Positions 38,136 through 49,799 are shown, numbered from the stretch's first letter. The stretch: DNA of 64,000 bases from an uncultured Veillonellaceae bacterium (GCA_963805085.1 CAWDTA010000003.1:96001-160000); one strand, 5' to 3'. Numbers and translations are program-made. Notes: a model not told the origin generated them from the letters alone.

Positions 38136-40106
38136 TTAAACCTTAAATTTACTAGCCGCAATTTGTAATTCTTGGGCAAGTTTTGCTAAGGATTGGCTAG
38201 AGGTGGATAATTCGTGCATAGAAGCAGATTGTTCTTCTGTTGCAGCCGATACCGTTTCCGTTTCAGCTGTAGTCAATTTGCTTACTTTATCGATTTCTTC
38301 GACAGCAGTCACGATATCTTTGTTACTCACATTGATATATTCAATTGCTTTGTAAGCAGCAGTAAATTGCTGATTTACTTCGGAGATCATCGTGTTGATT
38401 TCCTCAAATACTTTACCAGCTTCATTCACGACTTCTGCTCCTAATTTAACTTCTGAGGTACCATTATGCATGGATTCCACGGCTTTGGCAGTTTCCACAC
38501 GGATTTTTGAAATCAAATCTGAAATATGTTTCGCTGCGATTTGTGATTGTTCAGCGAGCTTTCTTACTTCTTCCGCAACTACCGCAAAGCCACGTCCTTG
38601 TTCACCGGCACGGGCTGCTTCAATTGCTGCATTGAGTGCTAATAAATTGGTTTGTCCAGCTATGGCAGAAATCGTATCCACGATTTGTCCAATTTCATTG
38701 GAACGTGCGCCCAAATCTTCGACGACTTTGGCTGATGAGCCAACGGTTTCTTCTACACTATTCATTTGGTGAATCGCTCTTTGAATGATTTTATTGCCAT
38801 CACTCGCTTTTTGTGCAGAAGTGTTTGCTTTTTCTGTACCACGATTGGTTGTATCAATTAAGTGCGCAATATTACTAGACATTTTATTTACCGATGCAGT
38901 TGTTTGGTCGATTGAGTTTAATTGCTGGTTAGAACCATTGGCTACTTCGGTAATGGAAACGGCAATTTGGTGGGAAGCTTGGGCAGATTGCTCAGCACTG
39001 GCTGTAAATTGCTGACTTGCTGCAGCCAATTGCTCAGCAGAGATACTGACCTGTTTGATTAATTCGCGTAAATTACTGCGCATATCATATAAGGATTTTG
39101 CTAATTGTCCAATTTCATCATTGCCGTTAATAGCTTTTGGCTTATCAGTGAAATCACCAGAAGATAACTCTTCGGAAAGTGATTTCATTTTATTTAGTGA
39201 GGTCGTGATATTTAAGGTTAACCAAACAATAATACCGCCTAAGATTAAGATAACCAAAATGCCAATAAGCAGGGAAACCAAGCGCATATTGCTGATACCT
39301 TCATAAAGTTCAGCAGAAGGCGTAACAGAACACATTGACCAACCTGTTGTGCCGATTGGGGTAGCGTTATAAATCATATCTTTTCCATCGCTAGAAATTA
39401 CCATAGCAGTTTCTTTATCAGCTTTTACTTTTTCAAAGAAAAGAGCAAGGCTGCCATTTTTTATCTTAGCAAGGTTCTCATCTGGTTTAAATTCAGGATG
39501 TTTAATCAAAGCACCATTCGCATCAACGATGAAACTAAAACCAGTTTTAGCCGTTGTCATTTTATCAACCGCATTGAAAAGTTTTGTCAAATCTAATTCA
39601 ATGGCGATAACGCCGACTTTTTGACCATTCGTAGAAACGGCATGTCCCATATTTACCATGAGTCCACCGGAATTTGCATCTACATAGATATCCGAGTAAA
39701 CAAGATCGTTTGCAGCGCTGCCTTTTAGATACCAAGCTCTCGTTCTAGCATCATAATCAGGTTTAGGGATCCAATTGTCTGTATCCATATAACGTTTATC
39801 ATTAAACGCTACCATAATATTTTTAATCTCAGGATTCGATTGTTTGGCTGCTTGAATGCGAGCGCGGATTTCTGGCTCTGTCATACTAATAGATAAACTA
39901 GAAGCCAATTCATTGGCAACCCCTTCTTGACGAACCAATGTTTGATTTATTTTTGCACTATAAACGTTTAAAGTAGACTTATTGGCGCTTTCAATTTGGT
40001 TTTCTAAGGCTGATTTTGCTGTAAAATAAGAATAAAAACTCAAGGCACCGATTAAAAAGATAACAGGTATTAGTAAAAAAGTTAACATTTTTGTGCGTAG
40101 TCTCAT
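38136..40106 (-). CDS. methyl-accepting chemotaxis protein (dCache-HAMP-MA)
   Basis: YDARTRAWY Cache motif; [27 protein letters not shown]. Confidence 0.96.
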   Translation of the reverse strand: MRLRTKMLTFLLIPVIFLIGALSFYSYFTAKSALENQIESANKSTLNVYSAKINQTLVRQEGVANELASSLSISMTEPEIRARIQAAKQSNPEIKNIMVAFNDKRYMDTDNWIPKPDYDARTRAWYLKGSAANDLVYSDIYVDANSGGLMVNMGHAVSTNGQKVGVIAIELDLTKLFNAVDKMTTAKTGFSFIVDANGALIKHPEFKPDENLAKIKNGSLALFFEKVKADKETAMVISSDGKDMIYNATPIGTTGWSMCSVTPSAELYEGISNMRLVSLLIGILVILILGGIIVWLTLNITTSLNKMKSLSEELSSGDFTDKPKAINGNDEIGQLAKSLYDMRSNLRELIKQVSISAEQLAAASQQFTASAEQSAQASHQIAVSITEVANGSNQQLNSIDQTTASVNKMSSNIAHLIDTTNRGTEKANTSAQKASDGNKIIQRAIHQMNSVEETVGSSAKVVEDLGARSNEIGQIVDTISAIAGQTNLLALNAAIEAARAGEQGRGFAVVAEEVRKLAEQSQIAAKHISDLISKIRVETAKAVESMHNGTSEVKLGAEVVNEAGKVFEEINTMISEVNQQFTAAYKAIEYINVSNKDIVTAVEEIDKVSKLTTAETETVSAATEEQSASMHELSTSSQSLAKLAQELQIAASKFKV

Positions 40107-40286
40107 GGAATCACTTCCTCATATGTAATATTTAAGTTCAAATTCTATTTTACAATTTTTTCAGTCAAAAAACATAAAAAAACAAACGAATCCAAAAAGT
40201 ATATTGTATATTGTTGAATTTTGTTGCACATGATACAATCAATAGATGAGAGATAACGAATAAAAACCAGCTGGGAAGGACACAAT

Positions 40287-40790
40287 ATGACGAAACAAAG
40301 ACAAATTGAGGAAATGCCAGATATCACTTTATTAGGACAAAAAGGTGTTGCCTATCAGTATGAATATCAACCGCAGGTATTGGAAACTTTCGATAATCAA
40401 CACCAAGGAAACGACTATTGGGTAAAATTTAACTGTCCAGAGTTTACGAGTCTTTGTCCGATGACAGGACAACCAGATTTTGCAACAATTTTTATTAGCT
40501 ACATTCCAACGATAAAAATGGTAGAAAGTAAATCCCTTAAATTATATTTAGTAAGTTTTAGAAATCATGGCGATTTCCATGAAGATGTTGTCAATATTAT
40601 CATGAAAGATTTAATTAAGTTGATGGATCCTAAGTATATTGAAGTCTTAGGAAAGTTTTTGCCACGTGGTGGTATTTCTATTGATCCATATTGTAACTAT
40701 GGTAAAGTCGGTACAAAATATGAGCAATTGGCTTGGGAGCGTTTAAAGCAACACGATTTATTTGGTATGGATAAGGTTGACAATCGTTAG
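40287..40790 (+). CDS. queF: NADPH-dependent preQ0 reductase (type I)
   Basis: [22 protein letters not shown] and FHE motifs. Confidence 0.96.
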   Translation: MTKQRQIEEMPDITLLGQKGVAYQYEYQPQVLETFDNQHQGNDYWVKFNCPEFTSLCPMTGQPDFATIFISYIPTIKMVESKSLKLYLVSFRNHGDFHEDVVNIIMKDLIKLMDPKYIEVLGKFLPRGGISIDPYCNYGKVGTKYEQLAWERLKQHDLFGMDKVDNR

Positions 40791-40859
40791 AAAATAGTCG
40801 ACATTTATTGTGTTGCTATTAGAATATAATTTGGGAAAAAATTAACTTTATTTCGGATA

Positions 40860-40896
40860 TTGACAGTGATGATAAAGAGTAGTATGCTACATACAG
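40860..40896 (+). promoter_or_regulatory. gntR promoter TTGACA-N17-TATGCT with overlapping operator TAGTATGCTACATACAG
   Basis: The motif is repeated at 41661 and 41769. Confidence 0.7.
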
Positions 40897-40936
40897 AAAT
40901 AAAAATAAACGCAAAAATATCGAGGTTGAAGAAAAT

Positions 40937-41608
40937 ATGGTGGAAACCATTTTACAGAGAGTATCTTTAAAAGATCAAGTTTATCAGTATTTGAAAAAAG
41001 CGATCATTAATGGTGAGCTGAAAACTGGTGAAATATATTCTGAACAAATGTTTGCCACACAATTAAACATTTCAAGAACACCTGTAAGAGAGGCTGTACT
41101 TCAATTACGACATGAAAATATGCTGGAGATTTACAATAATCGCGGCATTATGGTAAAACCATTGCTGTTTGAAGATGTCAAAAAAATTATTGAGGCAAGG
41201 GTGGCCATTGAAGGATATAGTGTCAGACATTTGACTAAGAATATTCATACGCCAGAAGCACAAGAAGTGGTAATCTTATTAAGCACTTGTTTGAAGTTAG
41301 CGACTGAAGCGGTAAATGATCAGGATTGCTATTATGATTTTATGCAAGCAGATATTGATTTTCATGGATTAATCGTTGATTTTACGAAAAATGATTATTT
41401 TATCAATACCATTCATATGCTAAGATCAAGAATTGAAAAGGCAACCGTTGGTTCCTTGAAACAAGGTGAACGAATGAAGATTGCAATAAAAGAACATGAA
41501 GAGCTATTTGAGATTATAAAAAGTGGCGATGACTATGGTGCATATTTATCATTTGAGAAACATATGCAAAATACCATAGAAGTGATGAAACATTGTAATT
41601 TAGACTAA
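40937..41608 (+). CDS. GntR (FadR/FCD) family regulator
   Basis: ISRTPVREA HTH; FCD DIDFH...EH. Confidence 0.94.
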   Translation: MVETILQRVSLKDQVYQYLKKAIINGELKTGEIYSEQMFATQLNISRTPVREAVLQLRHENMLEIYNNRGIMVKPLLFEDVKKIIEARVAIEGYSVRHLTKNIHTPEAQEVVILLSTCLKLATEAVNDQDCYYDFMQADIDFHGLIVDFTKNDYFINTIHMLRSRIEKATVGSLKQGERMKIAIKEHEELFEIIKSGDDYGAYLSFEKHMQNTIEVMKHCNLD

Positions 41609-41660
41609 AAAATAAAATTTTGTAGTTTATCTAAAGGTGTTTCATTTTTTTAGGATACAG

Positions 41661-41795
41661 TAGTGTGCTACATGCAGGTAATCATAACCTATAGGATTAG
41701 ATAGTAAAATAATAAATAATTTTCAATCGAGTAAATGCTAGGCGATAAGCTTTATTTTTTAAATTAACTAGTGTGCTACACACGGTATGCTAACA
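41661..41795 (+). promoter_or_regulatory. two further copies of the putative GntR operator TAGTGTGCTACA (41661, 41769) plus a partial copy at 41784
   Basis: Consensus TAGTRTGCTACAYRCRG over three sites. Confidence 0.7.
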
Positions 41796-41930
41796 GATCA
41801 GCTTATTGCTTTCATGAATGTATAATAAAACAGTGGACAGGATATTATCTGAATATTTATAAAATACGAGGTATTCTGTTTACATGTTTGTTATATACAA
41901 TATTTTATAATTTATGAGGGGGTTTTTACA

Positions 41931-42830
41931 TTGTTAAAAGTTGGTTTTGTTGGATTAGGAATTATGGGTAGACCTATGGCATTAAATTTGCTAAAAGCTG
42001 GTATTGATACAACTGTGTATGATATCAATGCAAAAGCAGTTGAAGTATTGGTAGAGGCTGGTGCAAAAGCAGCAAGCTCGCCAAAAGAACTTGCTGCTGG
42101 TAGCGATGTTGTTATTACAATTGTACCAAATTCTGCAATTGTTAAATCTTTGTTAGAAGCTGAAGATGGCATTTTAGCTGGCGTAAAGCCTGGTACAATC
42201 ATTGTTGATATGAGTTCTGTGTCACCTGTAGCTTCTAAAGAGTTTGCAACAGCTGCTGCAAAACATGAGTGTCCATTCCTTGATTCACCTGTAAGTGGTG
42301 GAGAACCTGGTGCAATCAATGCAACACTTGCGTATATGATTGGTGGCGACGAAGCTGTTGTTGAAAAAATGAAAGACGTTTTCTTGGCAATGGGTAAATC
42401 AATCACTGTTGTAGGTGGCAATGGTAGCGGTTCAGTTGCAAAATTAGCGAACCAAATTATCGTTAACTTAAACATTGCAGCAGTATCAGAAGCACTTGTT
42501 CTTGCAGCAAAAGCTGGTGCTGATCCAGAAAAAGTTTACCAAGCAATCCGCGGTGGTCTTGCTGGTAGCGTTGTACTAGATGCAAAAGCACCAATGATGG
42601 TAGCGCGTAACTTTAAAGCAGGTGGAACGCTTGCAATTAACTTAAAAGATATAACAAATGTTATGGATACTGCTCAAAGTCTAGATGTTCCATTGATTCT
42701 TACTAGCCAATTAAAACAAATCATGCACAGCTTAAAAGCGGATGGTCATATCATGGACGACCATGGCGGAATTGTTCAATTCTACGAAAAATTAGCTGGC
42801 GTAGAAGTAAGAGCTGGCGGCATTAAATAA
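41931..42830 (+). CDS. beta-hydroxyacid dehydrogenase (GarR/tartronate semialdehyde reductase-like)
   Basis: GLGIMG, DSPVSGG and KLANQ motifs. Confidence 0.9.
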   Translation: MLKVGFVGLGIMGRPMALNLLKAGIDTTVYDINAKAVEVLVEAGAKAASSPKELAAGSDVVITIVPNSAIVKSLLEAEDGILAGVKPGTIIVDMSSVSPVASKEFATAAAKHECPFLDSPVSGGEPGAINATLAYMIGGDEAVVEKMKDVFLAMGKSITVVGGNGSGSVAKLANQIIVNLNIAAVSEALVLAAKAGADPEKVYQAIRGGLAGSVVLDAKAPMMVARNFKAGGTLAINLKDITNVMDTAQSLDVPLILTSQLKQIMHSLKADGHIMDDHGGIVQFYEKLAGVEVRAGGIK

Positions 42831-42984
42831 TTTTTGAGATATAGATTACGCATAAAAATATGGATTACCCCAAACGCAAAGATATTTATTACTAACTTGA
42901 AAGAAGTAGAAGATTTTTAAGCCTTATTTTCTACTTCTTTCAAAAAAATTATAAAATGCAATATGAGCAGAGGAGTAAAAGAGA

Positions 42985-44409
42985 ATGGCAAAAGTATTAA
43001 AGACAAAAGCATTTGAAATGATTCAAGATATCGCTGAAAAAATGGTGGATGAAAAATTAGCTGAGGCGTTAAAAACTTTTAACAAAAAGATTGTTGTCCT
43101 AGACGATGATCCAACAGGGGTACAAACGGTACATGATATCTCCGTATATACAGATTGGTCAGAAGAAAGTATTGCAGCAGGATTTGCTGAATCTAACGCA
43201 ATGTTTTTTATACTAACAAATTCCAGAGCTTTCTCAGCCGAAGAAACAAAACAAGCACATATAGAAATGGCAAATCGTATTGCTATAGAAGCAAAAAAAA
43301 CAGGCAAAGAATTTATGATTATTAGCCGTAGTGATTCTACTCTTCGTGGACACTTTCCATTAGAAACACAAACATTAAAAGTAGCAGTGGAAGCAAATTC
43401 TGGAACGAAAATTGATGGCGAAGTATTGATGCCAATTTTTAAAGAAGGCGGACGTTTCACAATTGGTAACGTTCATTATGTACAAGAGGGTGAGTTTTTA
43501 ACACCAGCTGGTGAAACAGAATTTGCCAATGATAAAACCTTTAGGTACAAGTCATCGAACTTAACTGAATATGTGGAAGAAAAAACAAAAGGTGAGTATA
43601 AAGCAGCTGATACGACTTGTATTTCATTAGAAAGTATTAGAAGTTTTGATATAGATGGTATTACAAAGCAATTATTACAAGTGAAGGAGTTCAATAAAGT
43701 AGTAGTCAATGCCGTTGATTATGTAGACGTTAAAGTATTTTCAATTGCACTTATTGAATCGATGGCGCAAGGTAAAAACTTCATGTTTAGAACAGCAGCC
43801 GCTTTTACAAAAGTAATTGGTGGCGTGAGCAATAAAGGCTTACTGCAAAAATCAGAACTTGTTGCAAAAGATAATAAAAATGGTGGTCTTGTGATTGTCG
43901 GTTCTCACGTAAAGAAAACGACAGAGCAATTAGCAGAACTACAAAAATGTGATTATGTAAAATTCATCGAATTCAATCACATGTTGGTACTTGAACCACA
44001 AAAATTGTCAGAAGAATTAAATCTTATTATAAGTACAACGGAAGAATGTATCAAAAATGGTCAAACTGTAACCGTATTTACTGGTCGTGAAAGATTAGAT
44101 GTTGGTAACCAAGAAGAATCTTTGAAAGTATCCGTTAAAATTTCTGAAGCAATTACGAGTATAGTATCAAGACTTGGCGTTAAACCAAGCTTCTTAATCG
44201 CAAAAGGCGGTATTACTTCTAGTGATGTTGGTACAAAAGGTCTTGCTGTTAAAAAAGCCAATGTTATGGGACAAGTAAAACCTGGTATTCCAGTATGGCA
44301 AACAGGTGCAGAAAGTAAATTCCCTAATTTACCATACATTATTTTCCCGGGAAATGTTGGCACTGTAACTACACTTCGTGAAGTTGTTGATATGTTAAAC
44401 GACAAATAA
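42985..44409 (+). CDS. four-carbon acid-sugar kinase family (DUF1537)
   Basis: DDDPTG, SRSDSTLRGH, AKGGITSS and FPGNVG motifs. Confidence 0.92.
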   Translation: MAKVLKTKAFEMIQDIAEKMVDEKLAEALKTFNKKIVVLDDDPTGVQTVHDISVYTDWSEESIAAGFAESNAMFFILTNSRAFSAEETKQAHIEMANRIAIEAKKTGKEFMIISRSDSTLRGHFPLETQTLKVAVEANSGTKIDGEVLMPIFKEGGRFTIGNVHYVQEGEFLTPAGETEFANDKTFRYKSSNLTEYVEEKTKGEYKAADTTCISLESIRSFDIDGITKQLLQVKEFNKVVVNAVDYVDVKVFSIALIESMAQGKNFMFRTAAAFTKVIGGVSNKGLLQKSELVAKDNKNGGLVIVGSHVKKTTEQLAELQKCDYVKFIEFNHMLVLEPQKLSEELNLIISTTEECIKNGQTVTVFTGRERLDVGNQEESLKVSVKISEAITSIVSRLGVKPSFLIAKGGITSSDVGTKGLAVKKANVMGQVKPGIPVWQTGAESKFPNLPYIIFPGNVGTVTTLREVVDMLNDK

Positions 44410-44426
44410 GAAAGCAGGAAGAAACG

Positions 44427-45275
44427 ATGCTTGTTAATCTTAAAACAATTTTAAAATACACAGAAGAGCAAGAGCGTGCAATTGGGGCATTTAATGTTTA
44501 TAATTTAGAATCTATACTTGCTGTTGCCCAGGCATCACAAGAATTGAATCAACCGGTGATTCTTTCATTTGGGGAAGGCTATTTAAGCCATGCTCCAATC
44601 GAAGTCATCGCAACGATTGTACGAAAAATTTGTGCTGCTAGTGATATTCCAGTTGTACTTCATCTAGACCATGCCAAAGAGTTTTCTACAGTTATGCGCG
44701 CAATTCGTTGTGGTTTTACTTCGGTTATGTATGATGGTTCATATCTTCCATTAGAGCAAAATATTGCGAATACAAAGAAAATTATTGAAATCGCACAAGT
44801 AGTAGGGGTAAGTGTCGAAGGTGAACTTGGCTACATGAACAATGAAGATGGTAGTTGTGAACCGGGCTTTGAAATGGAAAAAGGTTATACGAGTGTAAGT
44901 GCGGCGGTGCAATATGCTAGCGGTACAGGGATTGATGCACTCGCAGTTGCCATTGGTAATGCCCATGGCATTTATAAAGGAATTCCTGAACTCGATTTTG
45001 ATCGACTAGGAGAAATTAGTGCAGCAATCAGTGTACCAGTGGTACTACATGGTTGCTCCGGTATTCCTGATGCGGCGATCAAAAAGGCAGTTTCTTTAGG
45101 CGTTCGTAAAATTAATGTAAATACAGAAATCTCAACAGGAGCGATTCGGGCAGCAAGAGAATTCTTAGAAAATCATACGGAAAAGAATACACGCTTTGAA
45201 ACAATGCTAAAAGCGAGCCGTCAGACAATGTGTGAAACAGTAAAAAATTATATTAATATGCTTGGTGAAAAGTAG
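44427..45275 (+). CDS. class II fructose-bisphosphate aldolase family protein
   Basis: HLDH, SVMYDGS, VEGELG, GNAHG and LHGCSG motifs. Confidence 0.92.
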   Translation: MLVNLKTILKYTEEQERAIGAFNVYNLESILAVAQASQELNQPVILSFGEGYLSHAPIEVIATIVRKICAASDIPVVLHLDHAKEFSTVMRAIRCGFTSVMYDGSYLPLEQNIANTKKIIEIAQVVGVSVEGELGYMNNEDGSCEPGFEMEKGYTSVSAAVQYASGTGIDALAVAIGNAHGIYKGIPELDFDRLGEISAAISVPVVLHGCSGIPDAAIKKAVSLGVRKINVNTEISTGAIRAAREFLENHTEKNTRFETMLKASRQTMCETVKNYINMLGEK

Positions 45276-45314
45276 CGAGAAGAGAATTTAGACAATATAA
45301 GGGGGAGAAGTTAA

Positions 45315-46655
45315 GTGGACACTACTACATTTTTAGTAATGACGTTATTCTTAGCAATCGCATTAGTCGTTTTCCTTATCATGAAAGTTCGGTTACATGC
45401 ATTTATTAGTTTGATTATCGCGTGTATGTTTGTTGGAATTATGACAGGTATGCCTCTAGTTAAAATTTGTGCTTCCATTGAAGCTGGTATGGGGGGGACG
45501 CTGGGGTTCCTAGCGACTGTTCTCGGTCTAGGTAGTATCTTAGGCAAAATGCTTGAAACTTCAGGAGGCGCTGAACGCCTTGCAAGAACACTCATCAATG
45601 CACTTGGTAAAGAACGTGCAAGTTGGGCAATGATGGTTGTAGGTTTTATTACTGGGATTCCAGTATTTTTCCAAGTTGGTTTCGTACTATTAATTCCACT
45701 TGTTATCAGTGTTGCTAGAGCGACGGGGATGTCTATCGTAGCAATTGGTATTCCAATGGGGGTATCGCTTCAAATCGTTCACTGTATGTTACCACCACAT
45801 CCAGCGGCTATGGCAATTGCACAGTCTTTAAATGCTGACATTGGTAAAGTAATTATGCTTGGTATGCTTGTTTGTATCCCAGCAGCAGTTATTGGTGGTC
45901 CTATTTGGTCGAAATTTATCAAAGGTAATATCGAAGTAAATTTACCTGCACTTAATAAACCAGAAGAAGAACGTGTCTCCGATGATAAGTTACCTGGTTT
46001 CCTGATCACGTTATTTACGGTATTATTACCAATGATTATCATGGTTGCAAAAACCATCTTTGATTTAAGTGCTTTAAAAACTTCAGGTATGGCACCATTG
46101 GTAAATTTTATCGGTAATCCGATTACTGCACTTCTTATTTCTGCTTTCTTTGCGTATTGGTCACTTGGTCTTGCTCGTGGCATTGATATGAAACAAATCT
46201 TAAAATTTACGGATGAATCCTTTGGTCCAGTTGCTGGTATCTTACTTGTTATCGGTGCAGGTGGTGCATTTAACCGTGTATTACTTGATAGTGGACTTGG
46301 TGTAGAGCTTGGTAAAGTTCTTGCAAGCCTTCCTTTAAGCCCGCTTGTACTTGCTTGGCTTGTTGCTGCAATTATGCGTTTTGCTGTTGGTTCAGCAACC
46401 GTTGCAATGATGACAGCAGTTGGTATTGTAACCCCAGTTTTGGCGCAACATCCTGGTCTTGATCCAGCAATCGTTGCAATTGCTGTTGGTTCTGGCGCAA
46501 TCTGCTTCTCCCATGTTACAGATTCTGGATTCTGGATTGTTAAAGAATATTTCGGCTTGACTGTTGTTGGCGCATTGAAATCTTATACGCTAGCAACTTG
46601 TGTAGCATCTGTTGTAGCAATTAGCATGACTTTGTTGATATCAACAGTTTTATAA
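45315..46655 (+). CDS. GntP family permease (DsdX/GntT-like)
   Basis: LPPHP, GSATVAM and SHVTDSGFW motifs. Confidence 0.93.
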   Translation: MDTTTFLVMTLFLAIALVVFLIMKVRLHAFISLIIACMFVGIMTGMPLVKICASIEAGMGGTLGFLATVLGLGSILGKMLETSGGAERLARTLINALGKERASWAMMVVGFITGIPVFFQVGFVLLIPLVISVARATGMSIVAIGIPMGVSLQIVHCMLPPHPAAMAIAQSLNADIGKVIMLGMLVCIPAAVIGGPIWSKFIKGNIEVNLPALNKPEEERVSDDKLPGFLITLFTVLLPMIIMVAKTIFDLSALKTSGMAPLVNFIGNPITALLISAFFAYWSLGLARGIDMKQILKFTDESFGPVAGILLVIGAGGAFNRVLLDSGLGVELGKVLASLPLSPLVLAWLVAAIMRFAVGSATVAMMTAVGIVTPVLAQHPGLDPAIVAIAVGSGAICFSHVTDSGFWIVKEYFGLTVVGALKSYTLATCVASVVAISMTLLISTVL

Positions 46656-46679
46656 ACAATCGTGTTGATAAGTTGACAC

Positions 46680-46720
46680 AAAAACACCCGCATCCATATA
46701 TCGGATAGCGGGTGTTTTTG
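46680..46720 (+). terminator. intrinsic terminator
   Basis: aaaaacacccgc...gcgggtgttttt. Confidence 0.75.
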
Positions 46721-46879
46721 TATTGATTATTATCTTATTAATCGTTATCTTTAGCAAATATTTTGTTTTTTGTCTCAAATGATGCAAAGAAAGCTCTAAG
46801 ATAAAAAATAAAAGTTTTTTTATTTTTCATCTTAGAGTATAATATAGGTATTATATTGGACTGGGAACGGAGCGTATGT

Positions 46880-47440
46880 ATGAACGAATTATTAAGAAAT
46901 GGTTTAATGAGGCGCAATTCACGTAATTTTGATACGAAACAAATTAGCGATAGTGAATTAACTGATATTATTGAAGCTGGTAAGTTTGTATCGAATATGA
47001 TTAATAATCAAGAATGGAACTTTACTATAATTCAAAATGTAGAAATTTTAAATAAAATTAACGAACTTTGCAGTAAATTGTTTTTCCAAAATGGCAAAGA
47101 AAAGTTGGAACTATTATATAATGAAGAAAATTTAAATTTCTTGTTTAATGCGCCGACGTTAATTATTATTTCAGGTAAAACTGATGATGAAGAAACACAA
47201 AATGCAGCACATGCAACTTTTGGTAATATGATGCTTGTAGCAGATAAAATGGGAATTGGTGCTTGTTGGAACTATTCTTTAAAATGTATGTTTGATACAG
47301 AAGAAGGTAAGATGCTAGCAGCGGAACTCGGTATTAAAAATGGCTATGTACCAATGAGTGTTGGCGTATTTGGCTATAAGACAACTCGTTCGGCGATTCA
47401 TTCCTTAGCAAAAGAAAATCTTGTACAAATCATAAAATAA
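46880..47440 (+). CDS. nitroreductase family protein (divergent)
   Basis: RRNSRNF, NNQEW.F, NMMLVA..MGIGACW and FGY motifs. Confidence 0.8.
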   Translation: MNELLRNGLMRRNSRNFDTKQISDSELTDIIEAGKFVSNMINNQEWNFTIIQNVEILNKINELCSKLFFQNGKEKLELLYNEENLNFLFNAPTLIIISGKTDDEETQNAAHATFGNMMLVADKMGIGACWNYSLKCMFDTEEGKMLAAELGIKNGYVPMSVGVFGYKTTRSAIHSLAKENLVQIIK

Positions 47441-47508
47441 ATGAAAATTAATAAAACCTCACGTAACTAGATATAGTTCGTGAGGTTTTATTGCTTTATG
47501 TTAGATAT

Positions 47509-48153
47509 CTATTTACCGGTTGCTTTTCTATACTCAATGATATCGTTGATACTAACAAGTGTCATATCATGTTCTTTTGCATACGCAACAAGACCTGGAA
47601 GCCTAGTCATGGTTCCATCAGGATTTGTGATTTCACAAAGAACACCATAAGGTTTTAGTCCTGCCATACGGGCAATGTCAACACTTGCTTCTGTATGACC
47701 ATCGCGAACCAGTACGCCGCCATCTTTCGCGCGAAGTGGGAAAACATGGCCTGGTCGATTTAAATCACTTGGTTTTGCACCGTCAGCAATGGCTGCTTTA
47801 ATTGTAGTTGTACGATCGGCGGCGGATACGCCTGTGGTAACCCCAACTGCGGCTTCAATAGTTACCGTAAAGCCGGTGCCATAAGCACTGGTGTTATTTT
47901 CCACCATCATAGGAAGACCAAGTTCTTCTAATTTACGTTCTGGCAGGCAAAGACAAACGATTCCGCTACAATCGCGGATTAGCTGTGCGGTCTGTTCCAC
48001 GGTTAAATGCTGCGCTGCAAAGATAATATCGCCTTCGTTTTCACGATTTTCATCGTCGACAACAATAACTCCTTTGCCGACTTTGAAAGCTTCGATTGCT
48101 TGTTCTACACGCTTGATTGGGGTGCCAAATTGAGTTAATAAACTTTGATTCAT
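47509..48153 (-). CDS. ribB: 3,4-dihydroxy-2-butanone-4-phosphate synthase
   Basis: [27 protein letters not shown] and GHTEA motifs. Confidence 0.97.
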   Translation of the reverse strand: MNQSLLTQFGTPIKRVEQAIEAFKVGKGVIVVDDENRENEGDIIFAAQHLTVEQTAQLIRDCSGIVCLCLPERKLEELGLPMMVENNTSAYGTGFTVTIEAAVGVTTGVSAADRTTTIKAAIADGAKPSDLNRPGHVFPLRAKDGGVLVRDGHTEASVDIARMAGLKPYGVLCEITNPDGTMTRLPGLVAYAKEHDMTLVSINDIIEYRKATGK

Positions 48154-48237
48154 GGTAGAATTCCTCCAAAAATTTAATTGAACTTACCAGAATCAGGACG
48201 CGAAAAACAGACGAGCCAAAATATTTGGTTACTGCTT

Positions 48238-48376
48238 TACTCTCTTTCATCCAGACTATCACTGTCGGTACTGGCATTGCACCAGTTCTGCTGACTTTCT
48301 TAAAAAAGAAACGCTTGCGGACTCTCTATTACTAGAATACCGCCGGTAGGGAATCACACCCCGCCCTGAGAATAAG
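48238..48376 (-). ncRNA. FMN riboswitch (RFN element)
   Basis: Minus strand reads TCAGGGCGGGGTG..ATTCCCTACCGGCGGT...CCGACAGT..AGTCTGGATGAAAGAG, upstream of ribB. Confidence 0.95.
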
Positions 48377-48587
48377 TTGCTAATTCATATGATACTACTA
48401 GAATGAATATTGTCAAGCAAGCAAGGAAATATGTAGAAAAAATAGTTGCTAAATACGAAGCAAGTTATTTATAATTAGGATTGTATTTGTTATGGGGAAT
48501 TTTCTATGCAAGGATGATTTTGCCTAGGCGTAAAAGGGGATTGATGATCTATAGCGAATTTAGTAATTAATTTAGAGGAGGTAGATT

Positions 48588-49487
48588 ATGAAAGTTATGA
48601 AAAAGATCATGTCGGTTGTGTTATTTGTAGTCTCAATCAGTATAGCAGCTTTTTCAAGTACTGTATCTGCAGCTGCAAGCGTAACGGAGGTTGATGCAAC
48701 ACAAAACATGAAAGCTGTATATGAAAAAATGTTAGCACTAGAAAATTATCATGCTGATATTGCAATTAATATTCAAACTTCATTAATGAATGTTACAGTA
48801 AATAATAGCAGTGATATTGAAGTCAATCCGATGCGGTATAAAAATGATTTGCAATTTGCGATGATGGACACGGCACATCGTTCGGTAAAAAGTAATATGA
48901 CACAGTATTTGGAGCAAGTCGATAATCAACTAATCAGTTATACAGAAACGGATGGCAAATGGGTCAAACAAACTTTGCCGTACATAAATAAAAAAAATGT
49001 TCCTGCTGACGATGTGGCGACCTGTATGAAGTTAATAAAAAAAGCAGTAGTTTCTGGCGAAACTGATACGGAGAAAGTAATGACGGTGACAATGGATAAT
49101 AAGGTTTTAAAAGAAATGACCATGGATATTTTAAAACAAAGTGGTAAAGAATATAAAGATTATATAGCTTTTACCGAAACCCTCTTTAATTCATTGGGTG
49201 AGATCAACTATATCATCAATGTTGATAAAACCACAAACATGGTAACGCATTTAAAAGCTGATTTATCTGATGCAACGCAAAAAAGTGTTTTAGCAATACT
49301 TAATCAATCAGCAATTCCTGAGAAAGAAAAAGCGCAGTTAAAAAGCTTATTTAGTAATGCGAAAGTCACGATGGATTGTGATTATTCAAACTTTAATCAA
49401 GTGAGTCCTATTGAAATTCCTCAAGAAGTGAAAGAAAATGCGGTAGAGCAAACGGAGAATCAACCGATTGTTCCGAGCACTATATAA
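48588..49487 (+). CDS. exported protein (DUF6612-like)
   Basis: Signal peptide ending VSA; DGKWVK and YSNFNQV.PIEIPQEV tail. Confidence 0.75.
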   Translation: MKVMKKIMSVVLFVVSISIAAFSSTVSAAASVTEVDATQNMKAVYEKMLALENYHADIAINIQTSLMNVTVNNSSDIEVNPMRYKNDLQFAMMDTAHRSVKSNMTQYLEQVDNQLISYTETDGKWVKQTLPYINKKNVPADDVATCMKLIKKAVVSGETDTEKVMTVTMDNKVLKEMTMDILKQSGKEYKDYIAFTETLFNSLGEINYIINVDKTTNMVTHLKADLSDATQKSVLAILNQSAIPEKEKAQLKSLFSNAKVTMDCDYSNFNQVSPIEIPQEVKENAVEQTENQPIVPSTI

Positions 49488-49652
49488 ATCTAGAGGGGCG
49501 GGAGTTTCTCTCCCAGCTCTATTTTTTCGAGTAGCTTTGTACTAAAAATGTACAGGGGCTTGCATTTTGGGGCTATAAATGCTATATTTATTCTAATAAA
49601 TGTTACAATTAAATGTAATTTTATAAAAAAGTGAACTGATTTTGTTCACATG

Positions 49653-49718
49653 AGCGAAGAGGCTTATCTAAGTAGTATTATAATTCAATACTGTTTAGAT
49701 GAGCTTCTTATTTTATTT
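49653..49718 (+). promoter_or_regulatory. leader attenuator of the P-II gene: terminator hairpin with an overlapping ANTAR-like AGC-GAAGAG-GCT element
   Basis: Promoter TTGCAT-N17-TATATT at 49560-49588; 21-bp stem 49659-49707 followed by a T-rich tail. Confidence 0.45.
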
Positions 49719-49799
49719 ATGGCAGAATAGGGTAACCTTTGCCTAATATAGAGGCTAAGATGTCAATGAAAAGATCAATCATTTAGGAGGAGTTTTCTT

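Noticed and set aside
40230-40286. Possible preQ1 riboswitch before queF
   Set aside because: An A-rich 'ataaaaaccag' tail is present, but no P1 stem or conserved loop could be found.
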